NCBI RefSeq assembly: GCF_006345805.1
Contig: NC_043011.1
Span: 34,794,464-34,858,463 of the forward strand
DNA from: Octopus sinensis
Lineage: Eukaryota
Reading direction: 5' to 3'
Length of the DNA: 64,000 nt
The translations under genes and the position numbers were made by a program. Under the pieces are notes generated by a model. It searched no databases and had not been told where the DNA came from. It saw only the letters and a program-made list of their open reading frames with translations. Shown here piece after piece: positions 37,511-51,079 of the stretch; position 1 is the first letter of the stretch, and each line of letters opens with the position of its first letter.

Positions 37511-39262
37511 ATCATCTTGTTGATCACCTCTCACTCCTCCTCCTCTTTCTCCTCCTCTTCTGCCTCAAGCAGAGGAAAGATTTTGAAAAGGCATGAACTA
37601 AATATAAATATGATAAATAAATGAACTTTTAACCAGAGTTTGGAATATCCAACAACAACAGCAGCAACAGCAACAACAATATATTCTCTCAATTCTCTGC
37701 TGATGATAATAAACAACAATGACAGTTTTAAGATAATGATTCCTAAATTATGCCTCTAAACCATCATCATCATCATCATCTTCATGACCACTGCCACCAC
37801 TGGTCTTGTTGTCATGATCACCACCACCATCACCACCACCACCACGACTACCACTACCATCATCACAACCACCACCCAGCAACAAGAACAACAGCAGTCA
37901 GACTACGACCACCACCCATCACCATTTTAGCAAAAACATGTCTCCTATCACCTGGGACTTCCATTGCCCCCAACCCCAACCCTGCACCACCATCACCACC
38001 ACCACAACTAACCATTTCCATAGTAACTATTTCCAACCCCACCCTCACCCCCGCTAACCCCCCCCCGCCATCACCACCACCCACCACCATCACAAACCAA
38101 CAACAAAATGATGACATGATAACAAAGATAATTATCCCTATCATAACAATAACATGCCACCACCACCCCCCGCCACCACCATCGCTACTACTACTACTAC
38201 TACAACTACAACTACTACCACCACCACTACTACTACTACCATTACTATAACTACTACTACTACTACCACTACTACTACCACTACTACTACCATTACTACT
38301 ACTACTACCACCACCACTATCACCACCATAACAACAACAGCAACAGCCAATAAAATCATGCCATCGTGGCAGAAATATAAACACAACATTAACATCACCA
38401 TGATCTGATCACCTCACTATCCTCGCCACCACCACATGCAACACCACTACTTTTTTCTTTACATCACTAAAAAAAAAAATGTCAATCACCCTTCCCTCCG
38501 TCCCCAACACCACCACCACCATTATCTGTGGTGCCACCGGCACCACCATTGCAACTACAAAATCATGCTATCCTAAGTAAACAAAACAACTATATCACTC
38601 TCAAGGCCTACAACATAAATAACTATAACATCACCACCACCACCACCACCACCACTACCAGCACCACTACCACCACCGGCACACATAATAATGGTTTCAA
38701 ATTTTGGCACAAGGTCAGCAATTTCGGGGGGGGGGGAGCGGGGAAGTCAGCTATGCGGACACCCTTCCTTCCCCAAGTGTTCAACTGGTACTTATTTTAT
38801 CAGCCCCTGAAAGGATGAAAGGCAAAGATGACCTTCGAGGGGAAATGAACTCAGAACGTTGAGTGGGGAATAATGTCTGAGCAAATTATTTTTCCTCCCC
38901 CACCCCACCCCGATACACTTACTGATTCTGCCAGCTCTACACCCTAAAAAGGCAGTACCATAATATTGTCATCATAATAAAACAAAATACAACTACAACA
39001 ACAACAACAACAGTGTCATCTCATACATATCTATACTGCAAACCACAAAAAAAAGAAAAAGAAAAAAATCAATACTCTTTTTTTTTAAAAAAGACATAAA
39101 CATCTGAACAGCCACCGAGTTTGCTGTGACCCCACAAAAACCACTTTGGAAAAATCTAAACCTGCAACCTAGATGTGAAATAGATATCATTACGTGCATG
39201 CAGGCACCCTAATCATGTCTTAAAGAAAGGACACACTGGATAATGTAGTCTTAGCAGGTATG

Positions 39263-39495
39263 AGGCGGCGAGCTGGCAGAAACGTTAGCACGCCGGGCGA
39301 AGTGCTTAGCGGTATTTCGTCTGCGTTACGTTGTGAGTTCAAATTCCGCCGAGGTCGACTTTGCCTTTCATCCTTTCGGGGTCGATAAATTAAGTACCAG
39401 ATACGCACTGGGGTCGATGTAATCGACTTAATACCTATGTCTGTCATTGTTTGTCCCCTCTGTATTTAGCCCCTTGTGGGTAATAAAGAAATAGG
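39263..39495 (+). mobile_element. Young SINE-B, facing an inverted older copy at 38690-38945
   Basis: Close to consensus, with CpGs retained. Confidence 0.85.
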
Positions 39496-39497
39496 TA

Positions 39498-39714
39498 TGA
39501 GTGGGCACTGAAAAGTTATCAACTTTGGGTAAAAGAAAATACAGGAGGATCAGTTAATTATGATTTTAATCAACATATTCCCCTCTTGGATTCACACACT
39601 TATTACAGTAGTCCTTCAGTTTTTCTAATCCCTGTAAAAGAACTCGGAAGGTTGAACCTCCAGCCAGGCCTTTTGCGATACCCTTAAAACCAAAAACTTT
39701 TTAGCACCCCATCG
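39498..39714. mobile_element. Mariner-like MITE, diverged copy
   Basis: Homologous to 40667-40934. Confidence 0.65.
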
Positions 39715-40275
39715 TTATGGAGTTTGGGCTAAATTTGGCTACATTTTAGGTCTTCCTTTTACACGAACAGCTTCACGTATTAACAGTCGACAGTGTTGCA
39801 GAGCATAAAAATTAAAGTTGTAGTTGACAAAATGTTAGCTGACGTGGAGGACTGGAAGCCATCTGAATATTTGAAAAAAAGTTACTTGCATCATGATGAT
39901 TCATGCCAGACATCAAAATGCCAATGTCATGACTACTGCTCAATGCTCTGTGAACACTGTAAAGGCAGTAAGACATCACATGGACATCAAAAAAACCAAG
40001 TCTCCCCAAACCAAAATGATCCCTTTTCTTTTAATGTGAAGATGAGGGGAATCCGTAAAGTACTGGGTGTTGATAAAATAAAGTACCAGTCAAATACTTA
40101 GGAAGGTTGATGAAATAAAGTACTAGCTAAGTACTGGGGTCAATAAAATTGAACTCGGAATCTTGGGGTTAGTAGCCTGCAGTCTTAACCATTATGCTAT
40201 ATCCCCGTGGGCATATAACGTAATGCGTGAGCATATAGCATAATGAACCAGGGTTGGGTTCAAAATTCTACCAGG

Positions 40276-40320
40276 ACACCTGATGAAGGCTGGAGAGTAT
40301 ATCAGCCGAAAGGTTATGGT
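40276..40320 (+). ncRNA. Degenerate type I hammerhead motif
   Basis: acac-CTGATGA-a-GGCTG(gagagtatat)CAGCC-GAAA-ggttatgg; core and stem II intact, stems I and III eroded. Confidence 0.45.
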
Positions 40321-40526
40321 AACAACAAACAAGATGAGGACACATATCCGTCTAATGTAAATAATGTAAATAATGTACAGAATTCCTCATCTCTAAAATA
40401 TCGAACAGTATCATTATTACAGTTTTCAATAGTTTACTCTCTTGTTAAGCATTAGCATTACTGCCCTGTATGCGAGTGTGCATGTGCACATGTATATGCA
40501 TATATATATACATACATAGATGTGTG

Positions 40527-40590
<64 letters not shown>

Positions 40591-40666
40591 CATACACACA
40601 GACACACACACACCAACAAACATACCTATACACAAACACACACACACACACACGTATATGTATGTA

Positions 40667-40933
40667 CAAGGGGATGCTAAAATATTCCTGGCTTTCGGTG
40701 AAAGAAAATACAGGAAGATCAGTTAATTATGATCTTATTTAACATATTCCCCTCTCAGATTCACACACTTATTGCAGCAGTCCTTCAATCTTAATAAGCT
40801 TTGTAAAAGAACTCGGATGGTTGGACCTCCAGCCAGGTCTTTCGTGACACCCTTAAAGCCAGGCCTTTCACAACACCCTTGAAGCCAGGTCTTTTTTGAC
40901 ACCCTTAGAGCCAGGAACTTTTCAGCACCCCTC

Positions 40934-40934
<1 letters not shown>
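40667..40934. mobile_element. Mariner-like MITE
   Basis: TA-flanked TIRs approximating cgaggggtgctgaaaagttcctggct; minus-strand remnant LKDCCNKCVNLRGEYVK* resembles a mariner C-terminus. Confidence 0.75.
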
Positions 40935-40973
<39 letters not shown>

Positions 40974-42371
40974 TCAAACCCATGCCAGCATGGAAAATGG
41001 ACATTAAACGATGGTGATGATGATGGTTATGATATTTTTGAGAGAGAGAAAGTGGGGATTTGATTAATGGGAGGCAACTCTAGATGACTCTGGTGAAGGA
41101 AAATTGAATTTCTTATTCTTTACTCTTTTACTTGTTTCAGTCATTTGACTGCGGCCATGCTGGAGCACCGCCTCTAGTCGAGCAAATCGACCCCAGAACT
41201 TATTCTTTGCAAGACTAGTACTTATTCTATCGGTCTCTTTTGCTGAACCGCTAGGTTACGGGGACGTAAACACACCAGCATCGGTTGTCAAGCGATGTTG
41301 GGGGGTGGGGGGGACAAACACACACACACACACACATATATATACGACGGGCTTCTTTCAGTTTCCGTCTACCAAATCCACTCACAAGGTTTTGGTTGGC
41401 CCGAGGCTATAGTAGAAGACACTTGCCCAAAATGCCACGTAGTGGGACTGAACCCAGAACCATGTAGTTGGCAAGCAAGCTACTTACCACACAGTCACTC
41501 CTGTGCCTAAAAAAAAGTTTTTTTTACTCATAAAGTTTAGCGCAAAGAGCAGACCAGCCAAGACTTGTGAGTTTGATATTATTAATGTCCCATCCAACTT
41601 GTTGTGGGTCAAAATTTGCTGGAAAGACCTGAAAGCAGAGAAAAAATTCCAGAGGGATGGAACTCTTGGAAGGAAATGTTTGGGTATAAAGGGTATCGCA
41701 GGATTGAGGGACAGAGTGGTGGTGATTTAAGTCCAGCTAGCTCTGAGGAACAAAGTCCATTATAGTTGTAATAGAAAACCCATACTGAAGATCAAATAAA
41801 AAAAAATGCTCATGCCTTTCATATAAAAAAATTTTTAAACAAAAAACTGTTAAAAGCATGACTATATGGGCACAGGTGTGGCCATGTGGTAAGTTTGCTT
41901 CACAACCACATGGTTCTGGGTTTCAGTCCCACTGCATGGCATGTTGGGCAACTGTCTTAAACGATAGCCCCGAACTGACCAAAGCCTTCTGAGCACATTT
42001 GGTAGGTGGAAACTGAAAGAGGCCTGTGGTGTGTGTGTGTACGTTTTTGTATTGTCCCCCACCACCACTTGAAAACTGATGTTGGTTTATATAAATCTCG
42101 GTGACTTAGCAGTCCAGCAAAAAGAGAGTGATAGAGTAAGTACCAGACTTCAGAACAAAGAAACAATGGGGGCAATTTGTTTGACTAAATCCATCAAGTC
42201 AGAGGACTTATTTTCTTAAGCCGGGTACTTATTCTGTCAGACTTGTTTGTCAAACTGCTAAGTTACAGGGATGTAAACAAACAAACACCAGTTGTCAAGT
42301 AGCGATGGAGGACAAACACATACAGAAAGATACATACACACCATATATGGATACAGATACACACACATATA

Positions 42372-43149
42372 AAAAAACATTGATCATAGAACAAACATCA
42401 TATTCGAGTCAACGACTTTATATATAACACCACGCCTCCAAACACTTGATCATATATAAATATTACCATGGCTCTTAAACATATAAAGTATACATATATA
42501 AAAAAAACATATAAAGTATACATATATAAAAAAACACAGAAGGTAAAAATCATATATGTGAATAAAAATACAAATATATAGAACGGTCTATCAAGAAGGT
42601 ATATACAATCAACTAAAAATTCTAAAGCGTGTCATGCTACTAAAAATCTAAATAAAATAAAATAAATCGAATGTTCCTGTTCATCCTGATGAAGGGGTCA
42701 TTGCCGAGATGCACTTTAACTCATAATCGAACCACAGCAATGAACTCCCGAAATGGCTATTGGTGTGTTTGACTTGAACTCTTTTTGCTCCTGGACTCCA
42801 ACCTACCATGGTTTTTATGAAATGAACTTTTTTGACATACTCTTTTGTTTGAAAGAAGTAAAAAATTTTTTTAGTTGACTGATATTTTATTTTATTTTAT
42901 TTAGATTTTTAGTAGCATGACACGCTTTAGAATTTTTAGTTGATTGTATATACCTTCTTGATAGGCCGTTCTATATATCTGTATTTTTATTCGCATATTT
43001 ATTTTTACCTTCTGTGTTTTTGGTATATGTATACTTTATATGTTTAAGAGCCTTGGTAATATTTATATATGATCAAATGTTTGGAGGCGTGGTGTTATAA
43101 ATAAAGTCGTTGACTTGAATCTGATGTTTGTTCTATTATCAATGTTTTT
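42372..43149. mobile_element. Penelope-like derivative: inverted arms (42372-42664 and 42884-43149) around a hammerhead-bearing spacer
   Basis: Arms are reverse complements at high identity; the spacer carries the motif listed next. Confidence 0.65.
42682..42765 (+). ncRNA. Type I hammerhead motif with long stem II
   Basis: CATC-CTGATGA-a-GGG g TCATTGC...GCAATGA act CCC-GAAA-tggcta-TT/GGTG; near-palindromic ATGGCTAT stem III. Confidence 0.55.
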
Positions 43150-44711
43150 CTGTCTCTGCCTCCATTACATTTGAGCACTTCTCTTTTACAGTCCTATAAA
43201 CCTTTTTGTTTCCCTAAAAAGAGACAAAATTTACTTCTTGCTGTATGCCAGTACCGCCTGACTGGCCCTCGTGCCCGTGGCACGTAAAAGCACCCACTAC
43301 ACTGCAGGAGTGGTTGGCATTAGGAAGGGCATCCAGCTGTAGAAACTCTGCCAGATCAAGACTGGTGCCTGGTGCAGCCATCTGGTTCGCCAGTCCTCAG
43401 TCAAATCATCCAACCCATGCTAGCATGGAAAGCAGATATATATATATATACAACAGGCTTCATTCAGTTTCTGTCAACCAAATCTATTCACAAGGCTTCT
43501 ACTATTGCCAGGGGTGCCACACAGTGGGATTGAACCCAAAACCATGTTGTTGGGAAGCAAACTTCTTACCACATAGCCTCACCTGCTTCTGTGATTATTC
43601 CCAGAGGTTTTAATACAAAAATTAGGAAAACCTTTTTAAAGTTAGATTACATTGAATTTAACTACCATTTGACAAGGCTGCATTTCAAAACCCAAAAATT
43701 ATTTTTTACGAAAAACAAATTAGAAAAAGAGTAAGGGAATGGTCCGAAACCATTATTTTCCCATCATCATCAACAACTGTGGTTGTTGTTGTTGCTGCTT
43801 AACTCCAATCTAGCTCTGATTAGGCAGATGTATAGTCAAAAGCTTTCCTGTTATGACCACCCAGTCTTTCTATTCATTTAATATTTTATTTTCATAAACA
43901 ATATATCTAAAATTATATTATCCAATGTGTTGATTATTTTCTTCAAACAACAAACAGGTTGTGTGATATGATGGAAAGCCAGCCGACTGCTATTTCTTGC
44001 ATGTCAAGTGACCAGGCAGAGGCTTCTCTTGAACCAAGGTAGTATCAGATTGATAAAGCAGTGGAAACAGGAACCACCACTCTAGTACTGGAATCAGTTC
44101 TTCTCTCTCTCTATCTCTCTCTCCCACTTACCCCCCACTGCATCACTCTCACTCTCACTCTCACCTTCTTACTCCTTCTTTCCCTCCTCTCTATCCAGCG
44201 AGGACCACAGCCAATCCCATGCCTGGGTAAAAAAGGAAGCTTGAGTTTTGGGCTAGCAATATTTTGCCCCATTCTACCATAGTTTTCCCCCTCCTTCGGT
44301 GCTGTACCCCAATTCAGTCGGGGTGGGGTGGGGGGCTGTCTTGCAAGTACTTAATGACTTCAGTGGGGCTTGTATAATGAGAACAACAAGCACCATAAGA
44401 AGTACATTCTGTAAAGTGGTCAGCATTAGGAAGGAGATCCAGCTGCAGATACCCTGCCAAAGTACATCGTGGAGCTTGGTGCAGACCTCTGCATCATCGT
44501 CATAGGTTCCTTTTGAACCATCCAAGCCAAGCCAGCATGGAAAAAAGAGATGTTAACGATGATGATGATGATGATGATGATGACGATGGTGGTGATGATG
44601 ATGTTGATGATGATGGTGGTGGTGGTGGTGGTGGTGGTGGTGGTAATCATGGAGATTATGATGGTTGTTGATGACGACAACAACAATGATAATGATAACA
44701 CATCCTCAAAA

Positions 44712-44747
<36 letters not shown>

Positions 44748-44805
44748 TGATGATAATAACAACAATAACAATAACAAATAAAAACAACAACAATAATAAT
44801 AATAT

Positions 44806-45040
44806 TGTTGGTTTCAAATTTTGGCACAACGTCAGCAATTGCAGAGGTGGGTGCTAGTCAATTACATTAACCCCAGTATTCAACTGGTACTTACTTTATC
44901 AAGCTCGAAAGGATGACAAACAAAGCTGACCCTGGCAAACTCAGAACCCAAAGACAGACAAAATACTGCTAGGCATTTTGCCCAGGTTGCTAACGATTCT
45001 GTCAGCTCACCGCCTCAATAACAATAACAATAATAATAAC

Positions 45041-45087
<47 letters not shown>

Positions 45088-45312
45088 TTTCTACTAAAGG
45101 CACGAGTCCTGAAATTTGGAGGGGAGGGGACTAGTCAATTACATCCCCCCCCCCCCAGTGCTCAACTGGTACTTAATTTATTGACCCTGAAAGGATAAAA
45201 CGCAAAGTCAACCTCGGCTGAATTTGAACTCAGAATGTAGCAGCAGACGAAATACCGCAAAGTATTTCGCCCAGCATGCTAACAGTTCTGCCGGCTCGCT
45301 GCCTTCGCCACC

Positions 45313-45347
<35 letters not shown>

Positions 45348-46036
45348 CCTTTCTACTATAGGCACAAGGCCTGAAATTTGGGGGAGCGGACTAGTCAATT
45401 ACATCGACCCCAGTATGTAACTGGTACTTAATTTATCGATCCTGAAATGATGAAAGACAAAGTCGACCTCAGCAGAATTTGAACTCAGAATGTAGTGGCA
45501 GACGAAATACTGCTAAGCATTTCGCCTGGCATGGTAATGATTCTGCCAGCTCCCAAATAATAATAGTAATAGTAATAATGATAATAATAATAATAATAAT
45601 AATAAATAATAATAATAATGATAATAATAATAATAATAATAATCCCTTCTACTATATGCACAAGGCCTGCATTTTTGTGGGGAGGGGGACAATCAATCAC
45701 ACAGACCCCAGTACTTGACTGGTACTTAATTTATCGACCCTGAAAGGATGAGAGGCAAAGTTGACCACAGAGGAATTTGAACTCAGAACGTAGTGGCAGA
45801 CAAAATACCTATTTCTTTACTACCCACAAGGGGCTAAACACAGAGAGAACGAACAAGGACAGACAAACGGATTATGCCGATCATATCGACCCCAGTGCAT
45901 AACTGGTACTTATTTAATCGACCCCGAAAGGATGAAAGGCAAAGTCAACCTCGGCGGAATTTGAACTCAGAACGTAGCGGCAGACAAAATACCGCTTAGC
46001 ATTTCTCCTGGCATGCTAATGATTCTGCCAGCTCCC

Positions 46037-46093
<57 letters not shown>

Positions 46094-46098
46094 TAATA

Positions 46099-46151
<53 letters not shown>

Positions 46152-46345
46152 GTAATAGTAATAGGGTGGCAAGCTGGCAGAATCGTTAGCACGCCAGGCA
46201 AAATGCTTAGCGGTACATTATGCGCTGAGTTCAAATTCCAGCAAGGTCGCCTTTGCCTTTCATCTTTTCGGGGTCAATTAAATAAGTACCATTTATGCAC
46301 TGGGGTCGTTGTAATCGACTTAATCTCTTTGTCTGTACTTGTTTG
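44806..46345. mobile_element. SINE-B array: five minus copies then one plus copy, with (AAT)n spacers
   Basis: Copies near 44806, 45085, 45345, 45642, 45806 (-) and 46165 (+). Confidence 0.85.
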
Positions 46346-46882
46346 TCTCCTCTAAATAAATAAATAAATAAATAATAATAATAAATAATAATAATAAATA
46401 ATAATAATAATAATAAATAATAATAATAATAATAAATAATAATAATAATAATAATAGATTTGCTTGTCAGTTGTTTGACCTTAACCAGTTGAGCATGTCC
46501 CTTAGTGGCTGACGATATGTGCATCTCTGATCATGAGCAGAAGTAGTGGGGGAGCATCATAGCCATGTGTTGAGAGGGATTCTTTGGGGTTTGAATAGTT
46601 CACCTCTGGAAACATGGGTGGTTCTTTCAACATCCTTAAACAACCCTTATTCAGGGACCGTTTGAGTGGGATGGGCTATTCAACCTGAAGAAAATTCTAA
46701 CTGGGCCCCACCTGCAAGGTCATGTGCTGTTTATCTTGATATGAGATCACCATGTCGCGCACATATGGTTGTGATGCATGTGCCTGGTGTACCTTTATCA
46801 GACGGGTAGTCATGATGGGTATATTGGGCTTCGTATATTTTACCCCAGTGTCACTTTGATGGCATGCACTGCTCTCTCACTC

Positions 46883-46946
<64 letters not shown>

Positions 46947-47597
46947 TCATAGGAAACCTTTGCAGCCTAGAAGTACGTGACAGATAGAACAAATGTGGGA
47001 CAGTATGGGGTGGACTAAAGAGCTAAACAGAGAAAGGAGGAAAAGAGGAGTGATTAATATAACAGTACGTACCATAGAAGGGACAATAATCAGGGTAAGA
47101 CATCCAAAGAAGACAATCCATAGGAAAGGGCAGAAAATTCCCTTCCTTTTTATATTTATGTATATAGGTATGGGATATTTCTCACGGTCTGAAATGACAA
47201 GAAAAAATCATGACATTAAAAAAAAAAAAGAGTCAGACAGATTTAATGGAAGATTAAAGAAAAAGAAGCGTCTGCATGCACATGTGTGTTTGCATGTGTG
47301 TGTGTGTGTATGTTTGGGTGTGGAGGACTAAGAAAACAGAATTTAAAAAAACGGTTTTTTTGTCTTTTTTTTAGAACATGCAACAAAACTTCAAGATGGG
47401 AAGGAAGAGAAATGAAATTACAGCATGTCAGCATTTTATTTTCCGTATTTTTAGAGACTGTTTCTTTTTGTTTTGTTTCTGATTTTAGTATAGTAGTTGC
47501 TTCTCCTCCTACTCTTCTTCTTCCTCCTCCTCTTCTTCCTCCTTCTTCTCCTTCTCCTCCTCCTCATTATTATTATTAATATTATTATTATTATTAT

Positions 47598-47821
47598 TAA
47601 GGCAGTGAGCTGGCAGAATCACTAGCATTCCAGGCAATATGCTTAGCGATATTTTGCCTGTCACCCCGTTCTGAGTTCAAATTCCACTGGGGTCAATAAA
47701 TTAAGTACCAGTTGTGTACTGGAGTCAATCTTTTACCGACTGGCCACCCCTCCCACTAAAAATTTCAGGCTTTGTGCCTATTGTAGAAAGGATTATTATT
47801 TTTATCATTATTATGATTATA

Positions 47822-47910
<89 letters not shown>

Positions 47911-48407
47911 GGCACCAAGCTGACACAATCATAACCACAATGGACAAAATGCTTTTACATTCCGACTTCAAATGCCATTGAGGTCAACTTTGCTCTTCCT
48001 ATTCTTTTAGAGAAGATAAAAAAAAGTTCCGGGTCATCTGCTGGCGAGAGGTGGGGAAAGGGTCGATGTAGTCAACTAACAGCTTCCCCCTTCAAACAAC
48101 TATCCTTGTGCCTAAATTCAAAACAATTATTAAGGAAGGGGTGATGAACTGGCAGAACCTTTAGCACATAGAAGGCGGCAAGCTGGCAGAAACATTAGCA
48201 CGCCAGGTGAAATGCTTAGTGGTATTTCATCTGCTGCTACGTTCTGAGTTCAAATTTCACCGAGGCCGACTTTGCCTTTCATCCTTTCAGGGTCGATAAA
48301 TTAAGTACCAGTTACGCACTGGGGTCGATGTTATCGACTTAATACCTTTGTCTGTCCTTGTTTGTCCCCTCTATGTTTTAGCCCCTTGTGGGCAATAAAG
48401 AAATAAG
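47598..48407 (+). mobile_element. SINE-B cluster with (ATT)n spacers
   Basis: Several partial copies and one full copy (about 48172-48407). Confidence 0.8.
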
Positions 48408-49459
48408 AACCATTAGCACATCAAAGAAAACACTAAGCAGGATTTTTACCTTCTGGATTTTAACCTTCTGAGTTCAAATTCTGCTTAGCTTTTCATCTTT
48501 TTGAATAAAGGATAAAGCTTCTTCCAGAGTCATAAGAATGGTTTCAAAAGCACCCTTTACACTCTGAAAAGTGGTTGGCATTAGGAAAGGCATCCAGCTG
48601 CAGAAAACCATGCCAAATCAGACTGGAGTCTGGTGCAACCTTCCAGCATGCCAGACCAGTCAAACATCCAACCCATGCCAGCATGGACAACAGACATTAA
48701 AGGATGATGATGAGGAGGATGGTGTGTGTGTGTGTGTGTGTGTGTGTATTTCCCACTGAATGGGATGTCTATCCAGGGATTACAACATGGGATTACTGAT
48801 AGGAATGGAGCAGTGTGAGATGGAGTGTTTTTTCCTCAAGAACACAACACAATGCCCAGTTCAGGAACCAAAATCATAATCTTATGATCATGAGTCCAAC
48901 ACCCTAACCACAAAGCATATTTGTGTACCATGTCTATTATATAGCAAGAACACACACAAAAACGAAAAGTGCTGCTGAAGAGGTCACAGATGTATGATGA
49001 AAGATTTCCGGACAATGGACATGAGTTAAAATATGAACAGTAATAAATGAGTGAAGAAAAAAATATATAGTGTGTGTGTTTATTTAGCAAAAAAACAAAA
49101 ATGACCATCCTGAAATACAACAATATATATATATATATATATATATGGGCATGACCAATTCGTTAATAATAAATAATTAACTTCCTTAACTCCATTTTCT
49201 TTTCTTCTTTTAACTGGATATAAATTATTGCTTAATATATACCTATTATTTTAAGGCAATTTCATTCCCCAACAATATGAGATACTGAACCAGTATTTCC
49301 TTGGATGCAAAAAAGCCAAAACTGATCGATCGATCTGGGGATATCTCGACCATTGCTTTTCAGACAATTATGGTTTGTCAGCATGTATGCATAAAATTAT
49401 GTGCTTTGACTGCAGCATTAGAATGTTTAGCTCTTATTTCTAGCAATTTAGGTGATGTT

Positions 49460-49496
<37 letters not shown>

Positions 49497-49970
49497 ATTA
49501 TATATATATAGGTACAGGAGTGGCTGTGTGGTAAGTAGCTTGCTTACCAGCCACATGGTTCCAGGTTCAGTCACACTACATGACACCTTTGGCAAGTGTC
49601 TTCTACTATAGCCTTGGGCCGACCAAAGTCTTCTGAGTGGATTTGGTAGATGGAAACTGAAAAGAAGACCGTCGTATATATATGTGTGTATGTGTGTGTA
49701 TATGTGTGTGTGTGCATGTGTATATGTTTGTGTGTCTGTGTTTGTCACCCTCCCCGCCAACATCGCTTGGCAACCGATGCTGGTGTGTTTATGTCCCCGT
49801 AACTTAGCGGTTCAGCAAAAGAGACCGATAGAATAAGTACTAGGCTTACAAAGAATAAGTCCTGCAGTCAATTTGCTCAACTACAGGCGGTGCCCCAGCA
49901 TGGCCACAGTCAAATGACTGAAACAAGTAAAAGAATAAAAGAATATATATATATATATGTATAAATATAC

Positions 49971-50038
<68 letters not shown>

Positions 50039-51079
50039 AGATAAGAAAATGGAGAAGTACATCTAAATCAAATATCAATTACCAGATAATACTCAATCAC
50101 ATACTTTATTATATAAATATATATACATATATATATAAATAATACTGAATTCCTCTATTTACATAATATCGAGGTCTCTTTCATTCTTTTGTTGTCTTAC
50201 CATTTCTATCAATATATATATATATTAATTAATAAAATTAATATATATATATATAATTAATAAAAAAACGTGTAGTAGTAATAAACATACTAATATATAC
50301 TAAATACACAGATGAACAGAAAACAAAGATCACCAACTCCACTTCAGTTATTGGCCAGAGGGTCAAAGCACAATTTTGGCCTTTATCAATAATATTGCTT
50401 CCACTCTGGAGGCACCTAGAGGAAACTTGCCGGGAATGGGACCATATATATATATATATATATATATAGCAGATATGTGATAGCTAAGTAGATAGATGGA
50501 TAAATGGACAGATGAACAGATAGACAGATGGACAGATAGAATGGTAGGGCGACTCCAGTACAGCTGAACCTGAACATTGCAGTTTGACATAAATAGCACC
50601 AAAGGCAACAGAAAAAAACCAAACCCAAAATTATATAAGAAAATAAGCAAGCCTCTATGGGGTTTCTTAACCAGCTAGAAATAGCAGCCAGATTGCATTG
50701 ATTTCGTACCCTATTGTCTTAAGAAAAAGGACAAAGGACACATTTGATGGTGTAGTTGTAGGTATGTGAATGGGGCAAAAAGAAAAAGGAAAAAAAAAAT
50801 GGTGAGATGGTCAAAACTGGAATGCTTTTGATCATATGTGTATCCCATCAGAGATGACCTGGGGCTGAAAACCAACAGCAATAACAAAACATCAGAGCCT
50901 ACAGGAACAATAGCAACAAGATCACAAGAAGCAATAAAAACAAAAGCAGTAAAAACAAGATAAAAAAACATTCTCCCCCACCACCCGCCACCGTTGTGTG
51001 TGTGTGTGAAAGGGGGAGGAAGAGGACAGAGTGTTTGGGCAAGACATTAATAAGATTCATACTATTCTCTACTTTGTAG

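Noticed and set aside
37279-37596. Recurrent ORFs such as RQASFSFRLPNPLTR and RCHAVGLNPEPCGW
   Set aside because: Antisense translations of SINE-A copies, not a gene family.
44806-46037. CRISPR-like repeat/spacer appearance
   Set aside because: Repeats are about 200-bp diverged SINEs, spacers are (AAT)n, the context is eukaryotic and there are no cas genes.
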